Shown here in pieces: positions 9,444-19,092 of a stretch of DNA of 64,000 nucleotides (position 1 is the stretch's first letter; each line of letters begins with the position of its first letter). This DNA comes from an uncultured Corynebacterium sp. (GTDB lineage Bacteria > Actinomycetota > Actinomycetes > Mycobacteriales > Mycobacteriaceae), in NCBI GenBank assembly GCA_946223355.1, contig CAMIPB010000006.1:15675-79674 (forward strand), in the 5' to 3' direction. Both the position numbers and the translations under genes were made by a program. Under the pieces are notes generated by a model. It made no database searches. It had not been told where the DNA came from and saw nothing but the letters and a program-made list of their open reading frames with translations.

Positions 9444-10536
9444 AGAGTGACATCTGAACCTCTACAGCAGATGTCGGCCAAGTGTCCGGATTTCCGCAGC
9501 ACTCTTCGAAGTCATCTTCGCCTCCTCCAGCATCCTCACCATAGAAAACCCTGATTTTTCCGTCTAGGTAGGTCGGAAAAGTCCTTTCGGTTGAACATTT
9601 TCGGAGGTACGAAATCGTCTCCCGATACTGGTGGGCCACGCTGCAATGCTTTCGAAATGCATCGTCAATTGCAACCGCGAGTTGCGCCGGAGACAACCCA
9701 TTGTTGATACGCACGCAACTTTCTAGCCATAAGTCATAAGCAAAATTCTCTTCCCTCACCACCGCATGCGTTACCCCACCAGCTCGGTTTATATCGTTAG
9801 CCAGCTTTCCTAGTTCGAAAAAATTGTCTTCTCGGATATTTAGGCCTACCTCGAGCGAAATAGTAAGTGATTCCCCATCATCGGATATATACACAAAAAA
9901 CGTGCCTTCCCCGGCCATAAAAACCAGGTAAAACTTGTCCGAGGTGTAGTAAATTTCCTTGATTCCCTTAGAACGCAATACAGCTTCAACCCGGTCCAAG
10001 GTCACTGGTTTCACAAACGGGACATCACTCTCGCCGAAAAGCTCTGTGATGCCCTCGGGCAAACTAAGTAGTTCAGGGAACTCCTCGAGCAGATCTGCAA
10101 AGGCTCCATGAGCAGCCGCAAATCCCCCTGATATCGCGGTGTGCAGCTGCGCTTCAGTCATACCGATACGAGTGGCATAACGCGATTTTAATGACAACTC
10201 CAGCTTGCCTTCGTCATCCAAAGAATAATGAATCTGCGGCCAGGCCGTTCCCCGATTGCGCCTCATGATCTGATGGAGCAAATCATTCTCGCGTGATGCA
10301 TCAAGCGCCACCCAAGGGCGTGCGTCCACCATCAGGAAAGGATCCAGTTGATCATATAAGGCAACTTCCGCGAGAAATGGCTTGAATCCGACGAGGATGC
10401 GATCTTCAAATTCTCCACTCATCTCAAAATGAAAGCCCAATTTAGTAAGCGTTTCCATGATCCGCTCTACGTTTACTGGGCGTACCTTATCCGCACTATC
10501 CAATCCATCAGCCGAATTAAATGAATTTTCTTTCAT
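9400..10536 (-). CDS. Tandem YbjN-domain protein with an acidic Cys-containing C-terminal tail
   Basis: Two repeated modules of about 140 aa resemble the YbjN/T3SS-chaperone-like fold (...LGFHFEMSGEFEDRILVGF... and ...IKEIYYTSDKFYLVFMAGEGTFFVYISDDG...). Start set at the ATG at 10536, preceded by a GAGGAG RBS; the track start at 10548 is a GTG. Confidence 0.45.
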   Translation of the reverse strand: MKENSFNSADGLDSADKVRPVNVERIMETLTKLGFHFEMSGEFEDRILVGFKPFLAEVALYDQLDPFLMVDARPWVALDASRENDLLHQIMRRNRGTAWPQIHYSLDDEGKLELSLKSRYATRIGMTEAQLHTAISGGFAAAHGAFADLLEEFPELLSLPEGITELFGESDVPFVKPVTLDRVEAVLRSKGIKEIYYTSDKFYLVFMAGEGTFFVYISDDGESLTISLEVGLNIREDNFFELGKLANDINRAGGVTHAVVREENFAYDLWLESCVRINNGLSPAQLAVAIDDAFRKHCSVAHQYRETISYLRKCSTERTFPTYLDGKIRVFYGEDAGGGEDDFEECCGNPDTWPTSAVEVQMSLFADDENSEERKDGA

Positions 10537-11035
10537 CACATCCACCACTCCTCACATGTTTGTTACCTTCTCCGGGCTGACGAAGACAAAGATAAGCGAC
10601 AGGCTAGACATGAGTTTTCTTCATTCGAACATTAATTTCGAAAACTATCTGGCACCCCATAAACTTTCACACCTTCAAATTTTGAAAGTTTCGGTAGAAG
10701 TTTGATCTACTCTACGTCGTGTTCTCCCCAACCCCAGCAAACTAATTCCCCACTGAGCTGCATTAACTTCCAGCAAGACCGTATCCCCCGCCTCTCCCGC
10801 AGCCTCCTCGGCTTTCGTTCAGTGTTTTTGAATAACCGCAACGTTTTAGACTTGAACTTGAGGCTCTTTATGCTTCGCCTGATCACCGGAATGAAGTGAG
10901 AATTGAACTAAATCCAACTGTAGCTCTTCGGATTTTGAACTAGAATGAATTTGTAGCGTGATGGAAAGTAAAAAACTGTGAAACAATAATGCAACTGGAT
11001 TCAATCCCGAAACAACGTGAAGGAAAACTCTCAGA

Positions 11036-11371
11036 ATGCCTAAGAAATTCCCCGAAAGTCTCAAGAAAAAGGTGGTTCATTACTACTTGTCGTCCCCCGA
11101 TATCACATACGAAGCAGCCGCTAGAAAGTTCGATATCTCGATTTCATCGGCGCGCCTCTGGGTGAAAAAGCACGAAGACTCCCATGTCTCTGAACCGCCT
11201 GAAATTTCCCAAGCCGATGAGAACTCACAATCACCCCATTTGGAAACTACTCACCCAACTAACGGTGCAAACGAGGTGCATCTCTCGCCAGCTCTGCACA
11301 TAAACGGCAACGCCTATTTCCAAAATTCAACAATTCAAGCGGTTAACAACCATCACCCTAAGAGAATTTAA
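11036..11371 (+). CDS. HTH protein resembling the N-terminus of an IS3-family transposase OrfA (likely IS remnant)
   Basis: MPKKFPESLKKKVVHYYL...AAARKFDISISSARLWVKKHED is typical of the IS3/IS911 OrfA HTH. The remainder is diverged and low-complexity, and there is no OrfB or inverted repeats. AT-rich context next to the CRISPR array. Confidence 0.4.
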   Translation: MPKKFPESLKKKVVHYYLSSPDITYEAAARKFDISISSARLWVKKHEDSHVSEPPEISQADENSQSPHLETTHPTNGANEVHLSPALHINGNAYFQNSTIQAVNNHHPKRI

Positions 11372-11484
11372 TGAAATTTAAACCGTGACAGCAGGGAGCT
11401 ACGGCGCTTAGTTCCATCGCAAATATTTGCTCCAGCAACGCACTTTGATACCCTAGCCACAGCGTAGGAGGTTCACTTTCCATC

Positions 11485-14403
11485 GCTGGGGTTCAATTCT
11501 CTAAACCCCTGATAGACTTCACCCTCAGGCAGGCCATAAAATTCCGCAGCTGGGGTTCAATTCTCTAAACCCCTGATAGACTTCCCCAAACCAAAGTAAA
11601 GACAATAAGCAGGCTGGGGTTCAATTCTCTAAACCCCTGATAGACTTCCTGCTGCTAAGGCTGGGCTTGATGTTCAGCTGGGGTTCAATTCTCTAAACCC
11701 CTGATAGACTTCAAGTTAAGGAACCGATCCGCTGATAGCTGCTGGGGTTCAATTCTCTAAACCCCTGATAGACTTCTAGCCTGCTCTGACCAGGCCACTG
11801 ATACGCTGGGGTTCAATTCTCTAAACCCCTGATAGACTTCGATACCCGGCACCGACTCGTCGATTGTGGCTGGGGTTCAATTCTCTAAACCCCTGATAGA
11901 CTTCATGTGGCGTAAACAGTTGGCCGACCAAGGCTGGGGTTCAATTCTCTAAACCCCTGATAGACTTCGAAGCCTAACGGCGCCCCGGATGAGATTGCTG
12001 GGGTTCAATTCTCTAAACCCCTGATAGACTTCCCCGCCAGCGCCGCCTGCTCAATGGCACGCTGGGGTTCAATTCTCTAAACCCCTGATAGACTTCGGGT
12101 GGTTGTAGTGGCTTTTGTCGATACGCTGGGGTTCAATTCTCTAAACCCCTGATAGACTTCACGCAATAAGCTGAGCGCCCGGTTGCCCGCTGGGGTTCAA
12201 TTCTCTAAACCCCTGATAGACTTCAGACACATTCCTGCCGCATTGGTCATGGGCTGGGGTTCAATTCTCTAAACCCCTGATAGACTTCGTTCGGCCACAC
12301 TGCCGCCGAATTTCGGGCTGGGGTTCAATTCTCTAAACCCCTGATAGACTTCGAGCGATACGAGGACCGCGTCACCCTCTGCTGGGGTTCAATTCTCTAA
12401 ACCCCTGATAGACTTCTGAGCAGTACACCTGCGATTGCCCACACGCTGGGGTTCAATTCTCTAAACCCCTGATAGACTTCACCCCTGACTACATCGGGGC
12501 GTCCTCTAGCTGGGGTTCAATTCTCTAAACCCCTGATAGACTTCCTCCGGGTGTCCTTCCACCTGCCAGATGGCTGGGGTTCAATTCTCTAAACCCCTGA
12601 TAGACTTCAACGACCTATTCCCACAGTTCGGCATCAGCTGGGGTTCAATTCTCTAAACCCCTGATAGACTTCATGACGTGAAACGGGGCGCGGTCGTCGG
12701 GCTGGGGTTCAATTCTCTAAACCCCTGATAGACTTCCGCTCCACAGTGGCCCGCGCACTACGACGCTGGGGTTCAATTCTCTAAACCCCTGATAGACTTC
12801 AAGTGGAATTCCATAGGCTTTCGCGTAGGGCTGGGGTTCAATTCTCTAAACCCCTGATAGACTTCCTGCCGGCACTATCCCGCGTGCGGAGATGCTGGGG
12901 TTCAATTCTCTAAACCCCTGATAGACTTCACTCGCATGCGCTCCGCTACCGCGTCCAGCTGGGGTTCAATTCTCTAAACCCCTGATAGACTTCCGGTGTA
13001 CCTTACTTGGGCAGTCAGCTGGCTGGGGTTCAATTCTCTAAACCCCTGATAGACTTCCGGTGTACCTTACTTGGGCAGTCAGCTGGCTGGGGTTCAATTC
13101 TCTAAACCCCTGATAGACTTCTAATCGCTGCAACCACAGCAGCAGCGTCCGCTGGGGTTCAATTCTCTAAACCCCTGATAGACTTCGATTCGAGGACACC
13201 CCTGTTTGCGCCCAGCTGGGGTTCAATTCTCTAAACCCCTGATAGACTTCTAATCGCTGCAACCACAGCAGCAGCGTCCGCTGGGGTTCAATTCTCTAAA
13301 CCCCTGATAGACTTCGATTCGAGGACACCCCTGTTTGCGCCCAGCTGGGGTTCAATTCTCTAAACCCCTGATAGACTTCACCGCCTGGGTGTTTACCTCT
13401 GGGTTCTGCTGGGGTTCAATTCTCTAAACCCCTGATAGACTTCAACATGCCTAAAGGAGGTGGACACATGAGCTGGGGTTCAATTCTCTAAACCCCTGAT
13501 AGACTTCATTACCGACCTGGCCAAACATCGACTTGGCTGGGGTTCAATTCTCTAAACCCCTGATAGACTTCAATCGACGCGACGACAAACTATACCCTCG
13601 CTGGGGTTCAATTCTCTAAACCCCTGATAGACTTCCTAACTCAGGGACACACCCTGCGCTCAAGCTGGGGTTCAATTCTCTAAACCCCTGATAGACTTCC
13701 AACCCTCAAATTCGTCAAGTCAATGAAGCTGGGGTTCAATTCTCTAAACCCCTGATAGACTTCAAAGGCAGCGTCTGAGGTGTCTCGAAAGGCTGGGGTT
13801 CAATTCTCTAAACCCCTGATAGACTTCGTCGCCCTTTTCTCCCTTAGGGCCACGGGCTGGGGTTCAATTCTCTAAACCCCTGATAGACTTCAACGCAGCC
13901 GTGACCCCTTGTAAAATCAGCTGGGGTTCAATTCTCTAAACCCCTGATAGACTTCTCGTAGACGGTGGAGTGCTGCTACTAACGCTGGGGTTCAATTCTC
14001 TAAACCCCTGATAGACTTCTTTCGCATGGGCCGGTGGAGATTGCTGCGCTGGGGTTCAATTCTCTAAACCCCTGATAGACTTCGCGCATTCATCGCGCCG
14101 CAAACCGCACAGCTGGGGTTCAATTCTCTAAACCCCTGATAGACTTCTTCATCGATTCCGTTAAGGTCTGACTGTGCTGGGGTTCAATTCTCTAAACCCC
14201 TGATAGACTTCCCCGACAACCTGGCAACCTCGGCATGTGGCTGGGGTTCAATTCTCTAAACCCCTGATAGACTTCTAGCGCCACCGCTTTACCGGTCAGG
14301 ACGGCTGGGGTTCAATTCTCTAAACCCCTGATAGACTTCCCCAGCAGAACATCTGGTGCGAGCTTTCGCTGGGGTTCAATTCTCTAAACCCCTGATAGAC
14401 TTC
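11485..14403 (+). CRISPR. CRISPR array, type II-C: 46 identical 36-nt repeats GCTGGGGTTCAATTCTCTAAACCCCTGATAGACTTC, 45 spacers (42 of 28 nt, 3 of 29 nt)
   Basis: Every repeat and spacer boundary was counted by hand. Period is 64 nt, with 65 nt at three positions. The inferred crRNA strand is + (see findings). No degenerate terminal repeat. Confidence 0.97.
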
Positions 14404-14406
14404 AGT

Positions 14407-14440
14407 GACGCCCAAAAATGGGCGTTTAACTGGAGTTTTT
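14407..14440 (+). terminator. Hairpin ACGCCCA-AAA-TGGGCGT followed after about 10 nt by TTTTTT, between the array and the cas2 stop
   Basis: Perfect 7-bp inverted repeat. Possible terminator for array read-through on the + strand; the U-tract is not immediately adjacent to the stem. Confidence 0.3.
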
Positions 14441-14453
14441 TGGTGATCCTACT

Positions 14454-14795
14454 TTAAAAAATCGTCATTTGTTCGGGTTTTTCTTCATAAGAATCCTCTT
14501 TTGAGTTGGAATATCGAATGGTTTTTGACCATTGGGTGTCAGTGACGGAAAGAATGCGAACATCACCACCAGCCGGAAGGTTTTGTTTAATGGTTTTCAC
14601 TGTTGATGCGATTCGAGAAGCAAGGGGAAAGTACTGGACGTAAACGCTGAATTGGGCGCGACAAAACCCTACATCCTGGAGCATGTTCCGGAATCTAGTA
14701 GCTTCCCGCCGTTCCTTTTTCGTCAGAACCGGTAGGTCAAACATCACTACGCACCACATAGGTTCACTACCTTTCGCCGGCATGACAAACCCCAC
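14454..14795 (-). CDS. cas2: CRISPR-associated endoribonuclease Cas2
   Basis: Cas2 core VVMFDLPVLTKKERREATRFRNMLQDVGF. The real start is probably an internal ATG (MPAKG or MWCVV), giving a small overlap with the cas1 stop. Confidence 0.9.
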   Translation of the reverse strand: MGFVMPAKGSEPMWCVVMFDLPVLTKKERREATRFRNMLQDVGFCRAQFSVYVQYFPLASRIASTVKTIKQNLPAGGDVRILSVTDTQWSKTIRYSNSKEDSYEEKPEQMTIF

Positions 14796-15678
14796 ACCAG
14801 TGTGGAACGACTAGGTCGCGAACTTCGTTCTCAACATAAAGCCCATACTGCTGGGCAAACTCAGAGAAGACGGTAGGTAGTGATTTACCGTCTTTTTGGA
14901 ACGTACCGGCAATTCCCTCGTTCAGGGTTAGTTTTTCTTCCCTAGCCAAACTCTTCAACGGCGCCAACTCAGTGAAAACTATCTGGTCAACCATCGGCCG
15001 GAATGGCTCCATCAAATCATCCACCAAAGCGAAGGAATTAGAACGTCCACGGTGAAACACACCGAGTGCCCCTGACAAACCGGCTGAAACTACCGCCCGT
15101 ATTCCGTGCCCGCGAAGCAACGTGTATCCGTAATCAAGCGCCCCATTAACTCCGTCACCCAAGCCGGGATGTCGACCGTTAAAACCTTGGGTACGTAGCT
15201 TCTGCCAATAAATGCGAGCAGCTAAAGCTTCGGAGTTCTCGGAGTCGCCTGTCTTTACTCCTCGCGAAAGTTCGATCAACCTATTCGATTTTTCACCCGT
15301 TATCGATTGTAGAGCTTCGGACTGACCTCGAATTTTAGCTTGAACTATCCTCTTCCACGCTTGTTTCGTTCTAGGAGTGGACAGCCTTGACTGTGCCCTT
15401 TGACGTGCGCCAATTCTCGTATGCTCCCTCCAAGGGTATGTGCCAGCGACAGGAACATTACGCCAATCACAAACGAGAAGCGCCACATCAGCTTCGCTCA
15501 ACTTAGTCAGCGCTGCACCCGAAATAGTAGTTTGTACCCCGATTAGCACGACTGCAACCTGCACCAACGGAATAGGTACAGGTTTCTCACCATCACGCTG
15601 GACAACGATGTGACCGCGTTCGTACCCAATCTTTCCGATCAAATTTGAACAATCGATTACTCGCCATCCAGCATCCAT
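14767..15678 (-). CDS. cas1: CRISPR-associated integrase Cas1 (type II)
   Basis: 303 aa. Sits directly 3 nt after the cas9 stop, followed by cas2 and the array. Confidence 0.92.
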   Translation of the reverse strand: MDAGWRVIDCSNLIGKIGYERGHIVVQRDGEKPVPIPLVQVAVVLIGVQTTISGAALTKLSEADVALLVCDWRNVPVAGTYPWREHTRIGARQRAQSRLSTPRTKQAWKRIVQAKIRGQSEALQSITGEKSNRLIELSRGVKTGDSENSEALAARIYWQKLRTQGFNGRHPGLGDGVNGALDYGYTLLRGHGIRAVVSAGLSGALGVFHRGRSNSFALVDDLMEPFRPMVDQIVFTELAPLKSLAREEKLTLNEGIAGTFQKDGKSLPTVFSEFAQQYGLYVENEVRDLVVPHWCGVCHAGER

Positions 15679-15681
15679 TGG

Positions 15682-18600
15682 TTATCTCACTTTCCAGGAA
15701 ACCGGTAGGTGTGCCGCACTTTCAAGTCTCGGACGGCCAAGTGCATCACGCCGTATCACAGCCACATCGCCCTGTGCTAGCAATGCATTCACTGCAGGTC
15801 GCCACCCCGGAGAATCGACTATTTTTCTCACGTCCTCATTTGAGTCCTTATTTAAGCCCTCAGCGCTAACTTGTACAGGTCGTAGGCGGAACTTAGAGTC
15901 ACTGTAAAAGCCATCCAAACTCCACCTGCGAGTTAAACCGATTTCTTGTTGGAACGTACCAATCTGGCCGGTGTTGAACGAGGCAGGATTGATAAGTAGT
16001 TCGTCATCGACGACAACCCAGCCCAGGTAGGTAGCAGTGCCTTCACGAAGCGCTTTGCGTAGCTTCGCTTCTGCTTGACGCATGGAGATAGTTTGCGGTG
16101 GCAGCTCCACAGAAAACACATCTTTTGTGCGATGTTTAGCTAGATCCACGTTATAGACGCGGAGCATCGCGTAGACAGGTTTCTTTCCTCCGTCGATGCG
16201 ATAAATACGCGCGTGATGGAAACGGCTGAGTTCGGCATAACCCCCGCGAACTTTGATCGCACCGGCATTAACTGGGAAGACTTCAATTTCATCATCTGCA
16301 TTCAGGTGGCTGCCGTTGACTCGGATTGTCCGATCAGGGTCTTCGGGAAGACCGTCTTTCCAGTTAAAATCCGGATGTCTGGTCAGCGCACACCACAATG
16401 CCTCCGTTGCAGCCCGATCGATTGTCTCCGTTGGTAAAGCACTGCCAACCTTTACCCGCGCCAGCTCACCAATTGTGTCCTCGTGAACACGGCCATTGCC
16501 AACACGTAAACGTAAATTACGTTTAACAGCGATTCGGTCCTCCGATAGAGCTTTCTGCAGCATCGGAGCCAAGATACTCATCTGTTTCTTCCAGCGATTC
16601 CAAGAAGTTCGATGCGATGCAGTTCCGCCAGAGTATTCCTTCCACTGATTCGTGCCGTTGGTGTACTCGGCCGATTCCCTTAGGTTATTGCGCGTTGCGA
16701 GGGCCTCCGCAACAAATGGAGTTGTTAAACAAATGACAGCGGCATCTACCGCATGGTGGCGGCGATCTAAACGGGACTTCCCTGGCCCATCAATAAACTG
16801 CAACTTGCCTGAAATACCTGCAGCCCTACGAGCTGAAGCGGTTAAGGAACCACGATAAACATTGACCTTGGTTTCTTCATCTGAAAAACGCTGGGCAATA
16901 CGGCCACGCAACTCATTTGCCATCCAAGCCACGGATTCCATAGAGCGAGCATCGATAGGATCGTCCACTGTAGTGCGTTTAAATCGTGAGACTACCTCAC
17001 TGCGGAACTTATTAAATTCCGCTTTCTTCATGCCGCGGTCTTCGTTCCAGTGCTTTGTACGTTCAACAGCTTCCTTCACACTCACGCCCGGAATAGCGCT
17101 CTGTTCAGCCCAAACGGAGAACACAGCATTGGACTTGGAATGGTTGCACCTGTGACACACTGCAACGAGGTTCTCCCGCCTATTAGTCGAACCCTCCCCT
17201 TTGCGCGGGACTATGTGATCCATTTCTGAATTGTGGAATGTAATTGGAGAACCGCAATAAGCGCACTGGCCGTTTTGGCGCTGTACTGATTGGTAACGCC
17301 ACAATGCAGCACGGGAATGCTTGACATCATTGCCAAACTTGTCACTGAGTTCCGCGAACAACTCGCGGTTTTTCTGCGCTCTTCTATTGTTATCGCGATC
17401 AATTTTCCGAGCCTTGGATTCCGAAATAAAGCCATCACGTACGTGCTCGATCACGATGCGCTCAGGCGCGCCCCACTCATCCGTAGCGGCTTCGATCCAT
17501 CTCGCAACTTCCTTTAGAACACGATCGACTGCGGGATTGCCCACGGGCTCACCGATTCGCGGTGAAGGCGGAGCCCAATCTTTGGGAATACCAAACTCAT
17601 TCTTCCTGGCAGTATAGAGGTCTACACCATCGCTGATCATTCGCTCAGTCAATCGACGAAGTGTGTCTTCGCTATACGCTGCCCGACCAATAGGTAGATG
17701 GAGAAGATCAAGTTTTTCGTGTTCATCATCGGAGATCGAGGCGAAATATGCCCGAACACTAGCGCCTTCTTCAGTATCCAAATCAAGTGAGTCCGCGTTG
17801 GACAATGCTTTCAACATCGCTGCCCTATCAGCATCGGATACTTCTTTCCACCACTTCCCTAGTGACTTTGGCTTCGCAGATTCAATCACCCGATTGGTGT
17901 CATGGACCGGTGGACGAGCACCTGCCCGCTCACCGTCATCGGTCATTTTCGCAGTACCCTGAAGCTGGCCACGGTCAATTCCCAACAGTTCAGCGATGGC
18001 AAGCCACGTTGGTTCAACCTTGGCTGGCAGGTTTACCAGATGATCGAAAACCAACTTTCGTTGATTATTGGTGAGCTCAAAAGAATTCTCCCCGTCTCGG
18101 ATTCGGAGATTGCCAATGAGCGCTGCAATTCGATACCGCTGGAAAGCATCTGACGCTTTGAGTGCTCGGTCTAACGATGGCTGCAGTGGATCTTTACCGA
18201 CCCTTCCAACCTGAGCACCCTTTGGGGATTCTGCATCAAATACAAGATCGATGATCTTCTTGCGCAGTGAATCATCGATCCCCTGTTTCTCACAGATCTT
18301 GTTGATTTCTCGTGCGTGATCGACCTGCTGCAAGCGAGCGGAAATAAGCGCATGATTGATTTCGTCTTGAGGCTTCTTTTTGTCCTTGCCTTTTCCACCA
18401 CCACGAAGGCGATCAACCCCAAGGTTTGCGCACATCACCACCTGAGCAACAGTGGCTTCATCGGGGATCTTAATCTTCTTCGATTCCTCGATGCCCTTCT
18501 TAATCTCGACAAACGCATCACTCGGTTCGCCTGGTGCATAGAGCGAACGGACTTTCTTGTAGGGATTTCGCCAACCGCGGTGATGCGCGATATGCCGAAT

Positions 18601-18984
18601 AGCCAAAGAAAGCATCTCACCTTGTTCGGCTTCATTTTCTGTTCGTTCCGTGGCTAGGCGGACTCGTGCTTTCCACGGAAGATAAGGATCCTCGTAGGAC
18701 TCGTTTGGAAGGGTCTTCCAATCTTGTTCAACCAAGAATTTCTCGAGCCTAACAATGCGCTTCTTCCGGCGCCGATAAAGTCTACGAGTACGACGAGCAA
18801 CTCCGGACGAGGCCAACCTAGTTGTCGCAGACTTCTGCTGGTCTGGATCGAGACCCGAATCATGAATATGAGAAACCAAGCTCAAAATTCCTGCTGGCAT
18901 ATCTTTTTCATCAAGTTCAATGGCTGCGAAACCGATTGAATGGGTACCAACGTCAATTCCCGCAACATAACGCCGCGAATCCAT
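15682..18984 (-). CDS. cas9: Cas9 (type II-C, about 1100 aa)
   Basis: RuvC-I IDVGTHSIGFA, Arg-rich bridge helix RRTRRLYRRRKKR, HNH CAYCGSPITFHNSEMDHIVPR...AVCHRCNHSKSN, and RuvC-III RHHAVDAAVI. Start set at the ATG at 18984 (MDSRRYVAGIDVGT) behind a GAGAGGA RBS. The track start at 19020 lies inside the tracrRNA terminator stem. Confidence 0.95.
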   Translation of the reverse strand: MDSRRYVAGIDVGTHSIGFAAIELDEKDMPAGILSLVSHIHDSGLDPDQQKSATTRLASSGVARRTRRLYRRRKKRIVRLEKFLVEQDWKTLPNESYEDPYLPWKARVRLATERTENEAEQGEMLSLAIRHIAHHRGWRNPYKKVRSLYAPGEPSDAFVEIKKGIEESKKIKIPDEATVAQVVMCANLGVDRLRGGGKGKDKKKPQDEINHALISARLQQVDHAREINKICEKQGIDDSLRKKIIDLVFDAESPKGAQVGRVGKDPLQPSLDRALKASDAFQRYRIAALIGNLRIRDGENSFELTNNQRKLVFDHLVNLPAKVEPTWLAIAELLGIDRGQLQGTAKMTDDGERAGARPPVHDTNRVIESAKPKSLGKWWKEVSDADRAAMLKALSNADSLDLDTEEGASVRAYFASISDDEHEKLDLLHLPIGRAAYSEDTLRRLTERMISDGVDLYTARKNEFGIPKDWAPPSPRIGEPVGNPAVDRVLKEVARWIEAATDEWGAPERIVIEHVRDGFISESKARKIDRDNNRRAQKNRELFAELSDKFGNDVKHSRAALWRYQSVQRQNGQCAYCGSPITFHNSEMDHIVPRKGEGSTNRRENLVAVCHRCNHSKSNAVFSVWAEQSAIPGVSVKEAVERTKHWNEDRGMKKAEFNKFRSEVVSRFKRTTVDDPIDARSMESVAWMANELRGRIAQRFSDEETKVNVYRGSLTASARRAAGISGKLQFIDGPGKSRLDRRHHAVDAAVICLTTPFVAEALATRNNLRESAEYTNGTNQWKEYSGGTASHRTSWNRWKKQMSILAPMLQKALSEDRIAVKRNLRLRVGNGRVHEDTIGELARVKVGSALPTETIDRAATEALWCALTRHPDFNWKDGLPEDPDRTIRVNGSHLNADDEIEVFPVNAGAIKVRGGYAELSRFHHARIYRIDGGKKPVYAMLRVYNVDLAKHRTKDVFSVELPPQTISMRQAEAKLRKALREGTATYLGWVVVDDELLINPASFNTGQIGTFQQEIGLTRRWSLDGFYSDSKFRLRPVQVSAEGLNKDSNEDVRKIVDSPGWRPAVNALLAQGDVAVIRRDALGRPRLESAAHLPVSWKVR

Positions 18985-19000
18985 GAAATGTCCTCTCGGA

Positions 19001-19092
19001 TAGAAAAAGACCGACGCCATAAGGCGCCGGCCGGAGCATTCAGTTCCGCTAACTAGGCGAAACCTTACTGAGGTTCAATTCTCGTTTTAGAG
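19001..19092 (-). ncRNA. Candidate tracrRNA: anti-repeat GAGAAUUGAACCUCAG, a nexus-like UAAGGUUUCGCCUAGUUAGCGG, and a terminator CCGGCGCC-UUAU-GGCGUCGG-UCUUUUUC
   Basis: Top-strand 19069..19084 GGTTCAATTCTC duplicates the repeat core. The minus-strand RNA would pair 16 bp with the 5' end of the +strand crRNA repeat (CUGGGGUUCAAUUCUC). Possible sigma70-like promoter TTGCAC-N17-TAAACT on the minus strand at about 19095..19125. Confidence 0.6.

Noticed and set aside
11485-14403. Alternative orientation in which crRNA is the minus-strand transcript (repeat GAAGTCTATCAGGGGTTTAGAGAATTGAACCCCAGC)
   Set aside because: The anti-repeat would then have to pair with the spacer-distal 3' part of the repeat, and no terminator or nexus would follow it. 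The + strand orientation yields a canonical duplex next to the spacer and places a TGnTAnnnT element at each repeat end.
18985-19020. Upstream ATG giving a 1112-aa Cas9 (MASVFFYPRGHF-MDSRRY...)
   Set aside because: The ATG lies inside the stem of the predicted tracrRNA terminator hairpin and has no RBS. The downstream ATG at 18984 has a GAGAGGA RBS and starts the canonical RuvC-I motif at residue about 10.
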